Below the pieces are notes generated by a model. The model saw nothing but the letters and a program-made list of their open reading frames with translations, ran no database searches and had not been told where the DNA came from. The translations under genes and the position numbers were made by a program. A DNA stretch of 60,092 nt, filler included, from Platydemus manokwari (Eukaryota), in NCBI GenBank assembly GCA_037951405.1. It is 6 parts of 6 records of this genome, joined end to end, with 100 filler letters (N's around TTAATTAATTAA, not from the genome) between each part and the next. Parts side by side here need not be neighbours in the genome. Positions count along the whole stretch, not along the records: positions 9,410 to 19,162 come from JBBMOY011209654.1; positions 19,263 to 31,742 come from JBBMOY010118899.1; 4 more parts are not named here. One strand, written 5' to 3'. Positions 10,990-25,330 of the stretch are shown here, in pieces (within the stretch, counting starts at the first letter, position 1; every line of letters begins with the position of its first letter).

Positions 10990-11340
10990 GTAAGTAACTG
11001 TAAGGCGGTCCTTCATCGGCTTGTGACCCGACATTTTCTTATGATTTACTGTGATCAAGGTACGGCGAGGCATCTTTTTCCAAAAAAGGCCCGTCTCATC
11101 ACATTCAAAAACTTGCTGAACCTTCATCAATCAGCAATTGTTCAAAATTTCGGATAAATTCTTCAGCCAATTTCCGGTTGGTTCTAAGTGCCTCGCCATG
11201 GCGTAGAACAGAGTGAATTGCAATCCTACTTTTGAATTTCTCGAACAACAAACGTGATGATCTAAAATCCGAGTGTGGTTCTTACACCGAATTTTCCTCT
11301 TCTGCATCCTCCTTCAGGAGGTAATTAAATATTGCAGTTG
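10990..11340 (-). mobile_element. pogo/Tigger transposase fragment (degenerate)
   Basis: Minus strand reads FEKFKSRIAIHSVLRHGEA (end of a CENP-B-type HTH region) then QQVFECDETGLFWKKMPRRT...SGHKPMKDRLT (first catalytic D region of Tigger-type DDE); frame disrupted. Confidence 0.85.
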
Positions 11341-11924
11341 CTGTTTTGCAAATACTTTAAAAAACAAGAATTTTTATTTGGTTACCTTAGTAACGGAATA
11401 TTATTAGATCAATATTAATGTTCATCAATTCTTGGTTATATTAATCATCATCACCCAGTGAAGAATAATGATAACACAAAGATACAGTTTGTCAAACTCA
11501 CTGGATCACTGAACGGATTGATAAAATCAGAATATTCATTTATTTTACACATCTTTATATATTTGTTATCCACGCCTTTTCAATTTTCATCGAAAATAAA
11601 AATTAATATTTCATTTAAATCATCACCATTTTGTTAATTGGTATCTCATTAACAAGCAAAATACGCTTTTATTAATTCAATTTTCTCAGGAATATTTTTC
11701 GACAATCAAGAATATCATATTGTAGAAAATTTTAGATATTAATAATTCATAATAGTTTATAATTATCTATTATGATTTACCGGAACTATGATAGGATTAT
11801 TGGTATTATATCTAATGTGTGATTCTGTCTTAATTTGACTGTAATTTCAAGGTGGTATAGATAAAAAAATTTTAAACGAGCTATTACCATTGATTTTTTG
11901 TTAAATTTTTATCTTCAACTTGAG

Positions 11925-12012
11925 ATGGTTAGTAATGATTTTTAATAATTATCAATGGTTGGTGATAGTTGGTAATGGTTTATGACGGTAGGTAATGATT
12001 AGTAATGGTTAT
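11925..12012. repeat. Degenerate 11-bp minisatellite (TGGTAATGGTT)n, left part
   Basis: Repeated ggtaatggtt/agtaatgatt units; the same unit resumes at 15241-15297. Confidence 0.7.
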
Positions 12013-15000
12013 GGTGAAAGCATCGTCTGTTTGCATCTAAATTTATTGTTTCAAATGTAACATGCATTTAATTTGCATTTTAAACACATCCAAGTTTTAT
12101 TTAACTTTCTTCTCCGTTGTTTTTGAGATCGTTTTTAGCCACTCAATGCTTTGAGGTTTTGTCTGTACCTGAAAATCAAGAAGCACTTCATGTGGGCCTA
12201 AAATTTTCAAAATTCCGTGAGGACCTTCATAACCGTTATTTGATTTGAATTTACCAGAGTTCGTCATTATATGCAAGTGAATGCTTGACAGCATTAATTA
12301 ACCAACTTTTTAGTGTGCCTTATTTAGTATGTTGGTGTTGAGTTAAGCATTTAGAACAAAATGTGTCGCCTATCCTTGAGAGTTCATCCACATTTCCATG
12401 ATCCCTTCGATATTAAAGTTCCAAATTGAATATGGATGAGTTTGTAAACCATATTTGAAAATGATCACTAATCGATTTTGTTAGTTCTCTTCAAGGCCTT
12501 GCGACCAGTGCGAGTGTTGGGTACATTCAGCCCACATCTCACACAAATAAGATAATAAAATAAAAGAATAATCAAACCCCAAAATTAATTTAAAAAATCC
12601 GCGTTGCAAAGACAATTTTAAATAATAATTCACATCTCCATGGTAATTCACATATTACTAAGGCGAAAGTATTAGTAACCATGGAAATTAATAAATAACC
12701 AAGGAAAGATTATTTGAGGAAAATCACTCCCACGAAAATTCTATATAAATCCAGCTTAAAATTTGGAATTTGCACTTAAATTTTGCGCTAAAAATTGCAC
12801 ATCATATTAACGCTCAATCAGTAGCACTTAAATTTCGCAACAATCGTAAGAACGCTAATTCTTCAATGATAAATTAATTCTGGGAGAAAGTTTTATCATT
12901 TCTGCTTTAGAATTATCACAGCTAATTTGGGAGAAACTGCATTACGGATAAACTCAGCGCATTCAATTGGAATATTAATTCTCTACACACAGGATCCGCA
13001 TCAATCCAGCAGGACCTTTTCATCAAATAACACACATCAACTTAGAGATATTTTAGGATATACGTCATCCTATAATTAATTCAATCAGTCAATTCGATAA
13101 ATTTATAATCCATGCCTTTGGTAAATATTATTACTTTAACTTCATTCATCCCCTCGCAAAGCTTGTTGAGATTTGCAGGGCTTAATTATTAATTGCAAAA
13201 CCGTAAGGGTTTGTAAACTAAAATCAAATCACTCCTTTAGATTATTGTCCGAAGTAGGGTGGCACCTAGTTTCCTACATCGATTGATCTCATCTTCAGAT
13301 CACAACACTAAATCTCTGTTAATATTGTGGTATTACACATTCGATAATTTTGTATTATATCAAATTATTCTTATCATCTTTATTTTATTATTTATTTATA
13401 CTATATTATCCGAATTACACGCAACCTACTATTCTGATTTGGACCCGATCATTGGTAGAATCTCCATTGTTCAGATTTTAATCATATTTATCTAACTTAC
13501 TGATAGCTCAACGAGTTATCACTAGTTGAATTATCATTAAATCGTCTCACCAAATACTACTTAACACAGGCCAGTAGGATTCCATCACGAGTCACAAATT
13601 TCTTTCCAAGTAGATAATGCTTAAAATGCATAGTAAACGCATGGATTGACAAAAGCAGTTTCCTCTTGACACGTTGACATTTTTCATGAATTTTAATAGT
13701 TCTAGAAGCATAGGGTATCACTCTCTCTTTCCCAGTATTATGCAACTGGCTTAGAACGGGATCATTTTCTAAAATCATCTTTTGGTTTGAATTCGGAAAA
13801 AATAATAATTCGGATAATTATTTTAAAATATTTTGTTTTTTCAATTTAGAATTTTCCTCTAGTTCGACCTGATAACATGTTTGGCTTAAATCTATTGTGA
13901 AGAAAACTGTCGCCATAAACCGAGTCCGATAACAGGTATAGGAAAAGAAAACTCCTCGGTATGTACGTTTAATTTTCTGAAGTCAAAACACATCTGATCG
14001 ATCCATCTTTCTTTGGAATCTTGACCAAAAAAGTTGCACTGGCTCTAGCAAATCGTTATGACATTACTTTCTAAAAGATTTTCTATCAACTCTTGAATTT
14101 TAATTTCAAAATTTATTGGTTGCCTTCTAGGGTTCTCCGTAATGGGTTCCCCTTTGGTGCGGACCTTGAGTTTGACCAAATCTGTGAGTCCCAAATCAAA
14201 CCAGAAGCCATAAAAGTTGAGCCATTTTCTTTTATACACTTATTCATGGAATTATCATTCTTATCAGCAATATTCTTCAATGCCATGTCGATTCTGTCTT
14301 GGTTGGTATATTTCTTTCCCACTTCCTTGGCATCAACTGATTAATCACATCAACTCCTCCAATAAATCTTGGTAACAATTATTTTACTACTGTGATCTCC
14401 TTTACTACCGGGATCCTTATTTTCCCTAGACACAATCTGTGCATATTGGAGAATATACCAGCCAATCGAACATCAGAATTTTTAATCTGCGGCTCTCCAA
14501 TGCGCCTCAAATTGCATTCACTAATTACTGTTATTGATTGGCCAGAATCCCATAACATTTCAATATTTGTACCGTTGCACTTAAATTTTACTCCACTATC
14601 TAACGTCTGCTTTCTGATGCATCTGTAAGTGCTTTCTCTTCATTTTGTCGTCTTTTTTCTTTACTTCTATTCTATCTCTAGACGATATGTGTCCCACTTA
14701 CCCAATCCCATGGAAGATATACGCACAGGAGGTTGATTCTAGTTTATTTTCTCCTCCATGAAAAGTGAGTTAACGGAACCACTTGCTTCACTTTCGGTTT
14801 GAATATCGGCTTTATCTTCCTCATCAAGGATGCATAGTATTTTTCTTGAACTAGGCTTTCTGGATAAATGACATTTAGCATAAGACATTTAAACGTCCAG
14901 TGTTCACCACAGTTGTTTTGCGTCATCTCTCAACAGCGTGTTAAATGCAAATAACAGTTCCATTTGATTATATGTAGCGAAACTTTTGATATTCTGGAAC

Positions 15001-15240
15001 TATTATTCAGCATCTTGGATTAATGCATCGAAGAACAACGCCTTCGGAATTAATAACTCCTGAGTTATTTGAGAGTTATTCGCAATTTTTTTGCCTCTCT
15101 TTTCTTTTGACTCTCGTAAGAGCATTTATTTCTGCGCGGTTGCCACTAAAAATATCGTTTATTTTTAACAATATTTATTCTTTTAAAAGTAACAAGCCTT
15201 TTTATCGCATTTCAAACAAATCCAAGATTTAAATAACTGT
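12013..15240 (-). mobile_element. Degenerate Gypsy/Ty3 LTR retrotransposon internal region
   Basis: In minus-strand order: protease-like MLWDSGQSITVI (~14520-14570), RT N-terminus PRRQPI..KIQELIENLLESNVI and KKDGSIRCVFDFRKLN (~13970-14200), RNase H ERVIPYASRT..HFKHYLLGKKF (13557-13778), integrase C-terminal GPx motif YEGPHGILKI (~12200). Many stops and deletions. Confidence 0.85.
12515..13451 (+). mobile_element. LTR-like insertion nested in the Gypsy remnant
   Basis: Starts TGTTGGGTAC, ends ..GACCCGATCA (TG...CA, imperfect inverted ends), internal TATATAAAT at ~12743; interrupts pol between the RNase H and integrase remnants. No target-site duplication seen. Confidence 0.4.
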
Positions 15241-15297
15241 CGGTAATGGTTAGTAATGATTGGTAATTGTTGGTAATGGTTGGTAATGGTTGATGAT
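15241..15297. repeat. Degenerate 11-bp minisatellite (TGGTAATGGTT)n, right part
   Basis: About five copies of the same unit as 11925-12012. Confidence 0.75.
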
Positions 15298-18200
15298 GCT
15301 AATATTAAATTATATCATATGAAATTAGAGTTCCTTTGTCTTGGGTTTACATGAATTAATATATGATTCTTACTATATTTTAAATCAATTTTAAACGTGC
15401 TTTGAGTTAGGAATTTAATGTATTGATTAAACCATTTATGTACTTCAGCATAATTTGTTTTTTTACTTGATGCTTAGATATTACAAATTTTTAAATATCT
15501 ATTTAAGTTTTAAATTATTTTTATTGAACATAAATCTTATCTCCCTGTGGAGTTTCACAATGAATACGGAATGATTTGAAATATTGTAGCAATATGCAAT
15601 GTCAATACTATCTCAGGAATAAAGAATCAATGAATATTTACTGGAAAGTAATACAATAATAATTTTGATCTTTAACATTCTAAAATTATTTCAATCAAAG
15701 CTTTGATAATGAATCATTGATAATGCCGATAATAGCTTCATCAATTAACCCATTTGCTGTTTTAATTACGACTAAACCGAACTCAAATCAGCCATCTCAT
15801 TATTTTATTAGAGATTTCATTATTAGAGAATTCATTTTTTGTCATTATTATCAATTCTTGCTTATTATTATTAATTATTATTTGAATTATTTTTTTTTAT
15901 TATTTATTTTTCAATAACTCCAGAAATAAACAAATTTATATAATACGGACTTAATAGTTAGGATTTTATTTGTAATTTATGAATAATTTTGGTACACGGT
16001 TTTTAGTGTTGAGAAATATATATTATAATACTTCCCATAAATTAGAATCAGAAAACAAAGTTAATCAATGCTTGGCAGAAGACTCGAAAATGTTTAAGAA
16101 AAAGTTTTTAAATAAGACGAGTAAATTAACAGTATCTCAATAAGGAACTAAAAAGGTTGGATAAATCTAAACTCCCAAACTAAAATAATAAAATTATACA
16201 TACAAGAAGTTCAAATTAAGGTATACTAATCTTAAATAAATATCAATGGATTATTATCATAAGTAAGAGATCATTAGATATTCATACACGAAGTTGAAAT
16301 TTCTCATACCATCTCGTGGCATGGTTGTCATTGAACTGTGCTTTATAAGTATTGTATATAAAATATTCAGTCCCTACCTGTAATCTGTTTGTTGAGTCGA
16401 TAAAATTATATATTGTTCTGCATCTTAATAATAATAATAATTATGTATTAGAGGTAACTCTTCTCCAATATTGCAACTAGTAGTCAATAGATTTTCGATT
16501 ATGTAAAATGATTATTACTATAACTACCATAGTTTAATACAATAATCTAAGAGTCACCTGAATTGCAATATTGTGCTTTCTTAAGTGCGTCCGAAATAAT
16601 CTTTGGTCATATATAAGCTTTAACAGTAAACAACAATCATTATATGACAAATAACATAAAATCATATAACGTAGAATACAAATAATTTACTTAAAATAGA
16701 TTTCAAGTCAGTGTTAAAATGAGAGAAATATGATAGATCAAAAGTTAGGAAAAGAAAACATTTTCAACATATTCGTCTGATAATCACTGAACTCATTATG
16801 ATTATCGACACACATATCACAGAGATTAACAGTTTTTCCCTTAAGTTATTCGATTGAATGATTATTGTTTTACTATTCTTATAAACATCTAATAATCAAT
16901 GCAACACAATTTCTTTCAACATTATTTCAACTCTAGATAAATAACGAAAAACGTTTCAAAAGGAATACCATCAAATAAATGACTACAGATTCATTTGTAA
17001 GATGAATTTTAATTCGTTCTGAACTCTGTTGATAAGTATTAAAAATAATCGATTGAAATGCAGCGAATCTACAATGTATTTGTTAGTATTCAGTCATAAA
17101 TTAAAATATTACAAGATCTCACAACTCAATTTTACCAAAGAGAAGAAATTCAATTATTAAAAGAGAAAAAATTAAATTTTTTACATTTTAAAAATGATAT
17201 TCGGTGTCACGAGTTATGTAAATTTATATTTCTTTGATCATTCTTTGAATTTGAATTTTGTTATTAATATTCTTAATTATTAACACTACTGCTATAATAA
17301 TAATTATTATTCCTAATATTATTATAAATTTTATTTATAATAATAATAATAATTTTTTAAGAGCATTTTAAAACAAAAATATATTAAAATATGCAAGATA
17401 TTGGATTAACAAAATCACCTTCATAAAACATATTATAGTTTAAAATGTATTGATTCAAACGAGTTTATTGCATAATTCTAAAGTAATTCCCCAAATGGAA
17501 CGATTTTCGATTTCACATTTAATTGGGAAGTTAATTTTCTGCATTTTCCCCCTTATTCCTTGAGAATTTTCCATAGTTGAAAATTATCCTTCATCGATTT
17601 ATTGAAATAAATTTAATGATAAAAAACAATCAAATCGGAGATTTATCTAACGCTTTGTCTTTCTAGTTTACAAAATTGCTAGTTCGGATTTTCTTTTCTA
17701 TTCTAAGAATCAATGGATTTATCTTGTATTAAAATAATTGTTGTCAACATTGAGATTTATTCATTAAGTACAAAAATATTTTTATTAAATTGAATTGAAT
17801 AAAAATCATATACATAATAGAAAATCAAAAAATAACAAAACATTGGTAATTTGATGTCCATGCTGAAATTAATCAAAACTTTTTGTGGATAGAAATATAT
17901 GATACGTTTTATTTCTTTTATTAGTATTACTTTCTTGATCGAGATCTACATATTTATCAGTACTCTGAGTCCGTTTCGACACTCAGGTAGTATTTTGACC
18001 TATAGACTTTTGATATTGTTTTGCCTCGACCTTCTCAACTTATGTGAAGATAAGTGGAACGGCGCCGAAATCGATTTGACTTTAGTTCTAACTTTATTTT
18101 CTACCTCTATTATCACCCTTTTACACTTCTCTTTTTCAGTCTCAATTATTAATTTTATCAAAAAAACTACTTCAAAAATAGGTGATATATAACACTGAAG

Positions 18201-20154
18201 TTTGTATATAATGAAATTATGATATCCTATGGCAACTGGCTGATTGAAAACCAACTCGACTTTAATGTTACAAATGCTGATTATTATGAAACAAATATAC
18301 CAAATTATATGTATACAAAAATGATTATAAATTACTACTTTTAGACAATGAATTATATGCATACAACAATTAAATAAAATAAATATAAATTACTACTTTA
18401 TATGTTGATTTTAAATACTACTTCTATACACTTAAACGCTGCGATTAAACTATTCAATGTGCAATTCAGGGTAGAAGATTGTGGACCAACAAGACCCTTC
18501 ATAAGTGTCCGTTTACAAGACTGTTTTCCGAGATAAATAGGAAGAATGTGCAATGTAAATTATTTAATATTTATTTTACACGAACGAACCTTACGTAACT
18601 TCAAATTCTTCAGCAATTAGTATATTTCTATACTCTTCCTATATTTCTATAGGGCATATAATTGATGGCAGACTATGGAGAAATTGACTGGCTTCCGCGG
18701 CAAAGTTTAAATTCTTGACAATTAACACGTAACGCTCTATCCTAGTGGTTTCCAATTGAGGGCAAAGGCATATGATGTTTACTGTCTTATATATGGTTGC
18801 TGGGTGGTGAGGGAAATATTGCGATTGAATAAAATATGGGGACTTAATTTCTGCTTCTATTGTCATGACTTTTCTCGAATTCAATATTTTCTACGAAGTA
18901 GTTGCTATACGAGTTTATGTATGTTTAATTGTTGGTATTATTTTAAAAAGCAGGTAAAAGTTGGGAAAATATAAGGGTTTAGTAATTAATATTTTTGTTA
19001 GTCAAGCTAAAATAAAATTTTTATTAAACTTTTTTTTCACTTAAATTTATTTGAATTCTATATCGTTATATTTTTTCATTCTAGCTATATTTGGAAGGAA
19101 GATAAACAGATCACGGTGGTACGCCAACAGCAGAGTAGATAGAGAAGTAATTAAACAAAACANNNNNNNNNNNNNNNNNNNNNNNNNNNNNNNNNNNNNN
19201 NNNNNNTTAATTAATTAANNNNNNNNNNNNNNNNNNNNNNNNNNNNNNNNNNNNNNNNNNNNCATTTTTAAATGGAAATTTGGTTTTGAAAGGTTGAAAT
19301 GACTTATACCACTTTCATAATCAAGGGCTCATTTATATATTTCAAACTAAGAAGTTTGTATTCATGATTTATTATTTCACTTAATCGCATAATAGCACTT
19401 TTATATCAATTTTAAAATCGAAATCATTGATTTTTCAAAATTCTTTTCACTCTTAACGAGACACTGTATTTCTTAACTCGTTAATACATACTGGGCACAG
19501 CCTAAGCACCTTGGCATTTTGGATTTCATTTTAATAGTTGTCAGAATTATGAGTAAATTCTGTGTGAATGGTTACAAATCTTGACAATCAATAACTAATA
19601 AAAAATAATAATAATCGTCGTGACAGCAATTTACCAATATCTATTAATAATATCAGAAATTCATAATAGTAACGTTTGTATTTATAATATCAACAATGCT
19701 GAATATCGATTTATTTATCAAATAATTCCATTGACGATCCAAACGGATCACGTGTTTGTTTTGAATAAAAGATAAAATATTCTCATTTGGTTTGATGCAA
19801 TCACTCGGTGTAATGTAATGGCAAAGAATTTATTAGAATTGGAAATTATATGATCTAAAATCTTTACGAAATATCTCTGCTGACCTTATCTTCATATTGG
19901 CAAATACCAAAATAGAATCAATCGATATAACACTATGACCGTATGGATTTAAAGGTGACATAGGTGATATTCGAACATTAATCTATTATAAACATTGTAA
20001 TACATTTTTGCTTATATTAATAATCGAACTCCACAACAACTATATTATTACATCATTATAATAAAAATAATAATTATTTTAAATTTTAAGATAATATCGA
20101 ATTTTTATAATTTGACACTATAATATTGACCGAGTTATTGATGGATATTCGGCC

Positions 20155-20738
20155 TAAGTTAAAAAAGGGGTCTTTTGACCTACTTTTGTTATAATGAATT
20201 TTCGCGCATGAAATAATTTTATAACTTAATTTTGTATATAATTGCGATTTTTGATTTATTTGTATAATTAAGTCAATATCTCGCTTTTAGGATATTGAAT
20301 AGAGACAAAACATTGTTTTAAACCAAGATTATATTCTAATCACAACACTTCTAAATTTGAGTTTTTAAATTTAAATTTTTTTAATTATAAATAAAATTTA
20401 TTATCTACAAGCAGGTTTACAAAATATCATTGCGTATTTTTATAAAATAATTGTAAAAAATAAAAGTCTAAAATAAATATTTAAAAAGGAGTCCTTGCTA
20501 ATTTTCAATAAATTGCTATTCGACCTACTTTGATCCGTTTTTCAAATAATCAAATTTTAGGAATTTTGAAGTTCTAGAGTATTTAATAATTGATTTGGAG
20601 CAACTAAAATTCTTCTTAAGTACTCAAATAAAAAATTCAAAATATTTTTAAAGAACTTAATTAAATAAACTATTTGGATATTCGCAATAGACTTAACAAT
20701 TTTAAAATTCTATTTTAGGTCCCTTTTTCTAAACTTTA
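20155..20738. mobile_element. Non-autonomous TIR element (MITE-like), most complete copy of a local repeat family
   Basis: Left end TAAGTTAAAAAAGGGGTC is inverted to right end GGTCCCTTTTTCTAAACTTTA. Related copies at 5633-5760 (left end), 7190-7390 (right end), 29693-30648 and ~56835-56920. Confidence 0.7.
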
Positions 20739-23564
20739 AACGAATTTTGTTATATATTCCAGTTAAAATTAATTCAAAATTAATGCCAAAAATATTTATT
20801 CATTAAATACAATAAAACATTAACAAAAATCTTAATAAAAGATATTTAGCTGTCAAAAATCCAGAGAGTGAACAACGATTGTAACATAAAATGAAGTCCG
20901 CTTTGAAATTGAAAGTGTATATATTCTTCATATTCTCTATTAAGAATTTAAAAAATACTTGGGGAAGTGGTATTGATAAAGGTAATTATGTTTCTTATTA
21001 TTTTAAAAATGTGACAGCTAGTGCGGTTGTGAGGTTGCGCTAGAATTAAAATAAAGTGATCGTAGTAATTGTAACGGTTTCTGATGTATTCAGACCTGGG
21101 ATTTTGAATATCATTTTGGGAAATCTGTTCTAGACTATTTAATATTTAATGTAAGCATTTGATCCCTCTGTATCATAGAGTAGGGTTAAAAAGAAACTTT
21201 GTTAAACACAGAGTTTGTTTTTCATTCAAATAGATAACATAAGATCAAGGTGTGAATGAAAATTGAAAATAAATCAGATTCGAATAAGACCCCGTTAAGT
21301 TTGAGAATTATCAAACTAAAACTCATTAACACTAGCATACACACGTATATATATAATTTATTGTTAGAGTTGTCAAATTACCTCAATGCTTTGAAATTAC
21401 TCCTCTAAAATAAAAAATTATAAAACATTGAAAAATCAATAAATTGTTAATGGCGAATTTAAAATTCCTATTGGCAATTGCGGACTCAATAATCCCAAAG
21501 TGAGTTATTATTATTATCGAAATCTATAATCCTTTGATTTTCAAAAAAAATAATTTTTAGAAATTTTATCATACTAAAAGTAATTTTAATTAGAGAAGAA
21601 TAAATTTTTGGAAATTTTTTGCATCAAAATTAATTTTAATAAGTATGTAGTTGAGAAAATTAAAAGAAATGGATTTCGGTTAGATTTGTCAAATGTATGA
21701 AGATCTTAAAAATAATGCCAAAATAATCCTGACAATGTAATTTATCATATTAGTTTCAAAAACATTTCAAACAAGGTTATTTGCATATCAAAAATGTCAA
21801 ATATTCTCCATAATTGTACATTATAAAGGGAATTCTTCTCCAAGAATATGTTATTATAGTGTCGAATATCAGAAAGAAATTAAAAAAAGTAAATCTTTAT
21901 TATATTAAATCAATGTATCCATGTTCCGGGGATTTGAGTACAGGTTGTAATGAGCTAATCACAAATGTAAATAAGCATCTTTGCTATGTAACAAATGTAT
22001 CTCAACTCAAATGGTTGCTATGGCTCAACTATTGTAATTGTAATTAACAGAAAAATATAGTAAATAAATGAATATGTTAACTAATTCGCCTGTGGGGATG
22101 TTTTTCCCCTCAACAAAATGATCACCTGGTTCTGTTATGAAGACCTCAATTCAAGATGTTTATAAACTTACCAGAATCACGAATAGAATGTAAATCTCTT
22201 AGATTTTGTAAAACACATCTACCTTAATTTGCGCGCGAATTATTGCTTGTTTTTATTATCAATTATCTTCAAACACAACAATATTCAACTAATTCCATAG
22301 AAAATTATTGTACGGTGTACAATTCTGAACGGTGTCCTGTTTGTTGAGTTATAGAAAAATGTCTTCGATTAATTACTAAAGATTGAATGAGACAACGAAC
22401 AGATACAACTGGTTGCAAGATGTGTCCCCCAATTATGTTAGTCATTTTGATATAGCGTGATGCACAAGAGAAAATGGAGAGGAGATATTTTTAATTATAG
22501 AATTGTTTAACATGAAATTAACAGCTTGACATTATTATGAATTCATCAATATATGTATATGATCCACAAGTGAAGTAAATGTCGGATGGTTCTGATTTCT
22601 ATTATTGTTACACTAAGGATTTTATACCTACTCTACGACAATGAATAATGATTCGATTAAATTTTTAGATTGATGAATATCTATTAGAGTCGGTAGGTTG
22701 TCGTCGAGGTTACTGATACGAGTAATTTGGTTTACTGTCAGATTCCACTTGGTATTTGGTTTGAGGTGCTTTTAATACCGAATGATTTAAGCTTGTAAAC
22801 ACCTGATTTTAGTTTGTATATTATTTAATATGAATTATTTATTTGATTAGATATTTTGTTTGATATACGAATCGCAAACATATTCTGTGAATAATTATTG
22901 AATTATTTCCTTTTCCCATCATCTTCAGATTTTACATAAATGATAAAACGTGTAAGATAGTGATAAAGGTAAAGCTACTGATTTCATATCGCTAGATTTG
23001 TATTGCATACAAGATATCCATGCATTACCAACACCAAATAAAAGTAAATTCTGAAAAAACCAAAATCAATAAATTGTTATTTTTTGATGTTTTTGACAAC
23101 CGTTCTTGGAGTTTGAATCAATTAAATACGAAGTGGATTTTAGTGATTTCGATGGAAAGTATTGTTGTTCTATAGTAGTTCACCCCTCAACACACACCGA
23201 TATATGTATGTCTGTGTTAATTTTGGTATTTACAACCACATAATCTGTTCGTTTAGACTTGACCCCGTCTTTTTAATGGGTTAACACTGAAAAATTCGAT
23301 TCCACTTTTGAAAGATATATTTTTACAAACAATAACTTGAACATTTTTATGTAATTAATTTGTCAAATTAAGTCTATTTGTGTTGTACAAACTTGAATTA
23401 CATTCTTTTATAAGCAGTTATACAATAGCGTGTATGTATTAAATCTAGTTTTATCTATCTCTAAATATATAATACCTTTATTAACAACGATATTTGGATT
23501 TCATCATGTTATTTTTGAATCTATTTTTTTGTATAAACTTTGTTGGGAATCACACAAACAGGCG

Positions 23565-23583
23565 CACACCCACACACACACAG

Positions 23584-23615
<32 letters not shown>
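23565..23615. repeat. (CA)n(TA)n compound microsatellite
   Basis: Direct reading; explains the HTHTHT/YIYIY stretch in ORF 23430-23663. Confidence 0.9.
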
Positions 23616-25330
23616 GCTTTGTCTATCAAAGTCAAGGACAAAATCCCCATATGGACGGAATGAGTAATATTTTGTGGTTAAAAGCAGTGAACTACCATGT
23701 CACTGACCGTATTGAATAATTTGTCCAGAATATTAAAATGCTATATCTAAAGCAAAAATTTGACATGATCGAATAGATAAAGCTTAAATTATGATGTAAC
23801 AAATTGACAGTAATTGGGCTTGCTCACCCGATAGTACAGAATCCATGCTTCCTTATGATGAATTCCTTAGATTCAATATCATACCAACAATATAAAAATT
23901 AAGAAAATAAATATTTTGCAATTATTCTTTAAGAAATATTTTAATCACTGGGAACATATAATTAACTTTTATTCGAATTAAATGTATCTATTTTGAAATT
24001 TTCCAATGAAATAGCCGGGATCGAAAACAAAACAATGGAAAAAGACATTATTATATATCAAAATACAACGTTATTCATTTTAATATAAGTTGTAATGAAA
24101 AATGAAATTTCGTTTTTGTTTTATTTGGGTTTTATCTACCGATGAAAATAAATCAATAAAAATATCAATAATTCAAATCGAGAAAAGAAATTAAGATCGA
24201 TTTTATGAAGATAATTCTTTTGATATTTTTAAATCTGAAATCGTTGAAATTTAATTCTTCAATTTTATTACGAAACTCAGACAATTAAAAGTAATAATTT
24301 TATCAGCTTAATCAATTACGTAATAATTATTAATTTATTTTTCTCTGATCTCTTAAAGAGATTTTATTCTGATAATCTCCATTTAATTGAAATCATTTCC
24401 AATTCAATTTTTCACAGCCTGCTGTGTCAGTCATTTGTTCATTTCAAACAAAGAAAAGTATTTGACATCAAGTTCCAAACACCGAATTAACTAATATATA
24501 AAATCGAATTCATCAAATATTTATTTCAAATCTCTTTTCTGATTTGTGTTGAATTTAATTAATTGATTGATACACTTAATTAATTAATTATTTAATTATT
24601 AGAACATTTTACTGTGTCCGAATATTAGATTAGAACATTAGAAAGTTGCATCACATAATCTGGGGATCACATCCTGTATCCGATCGAGTCGCTTATATTA
24701 TTCTTGTATTAAATATGTTTTACGATTTACCAGAGTTAGTAATTCATTTGTTTGAATGAAATTATATATATTGGGATTTCACTAAGTTAATTGATGACCA
24801 TACAATATTCTCAAAATGCTATGAGAAACAGTCACAATAAAAGAATATTTAAAAACAGTACCTAGTAACTGATTATTAAAATAATAATAATTGCCCTCTT
24901 CTTTTCACCTTTGATTACTCAGAACGAATTCTAGTATTAGCACTTTCTGGGAATTACATTCATTGAGGAAAGATTTCAAGAATCAGTACCTTTGAGCAGG
25001 CCTTTAATAAGTTTAATTCAGTATTTTTGCAGATAAATTATAGTGCAGACTGTGACAGTTGAGTGGTTTTATATTATAATTAATTGTCTTGATCTCCATT
25101 GGCATAGTAACGGTAGTTCTTGTTCACATAGTACTGTAATTAGTAGGCTCAGTTATTTCAACAATGTTTTCCTTATCCAATTTATTATCAACAAAAGTTT
25201 AATAATTGTACTTGTGTTCTCATCTATCAATTACTCTCTTTATTAATCAAAGTATTGAGTTAAATTTCGTCATTAATCTAAAATCATAGCTCATTTAAAT
25301 CAACATTTGAGCATTACCAATTTGAGCATA

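Noticed and set aside
18470-19160. GC-richer block with splice-like sites and one frame interrupted mainly by TGA (considered a NUMT, recoding or pseudogene)
   Set aside because: No consistent spliced frame, and the TGA-as-Trp reading resembles no mitochondrial or other protein I recognise.
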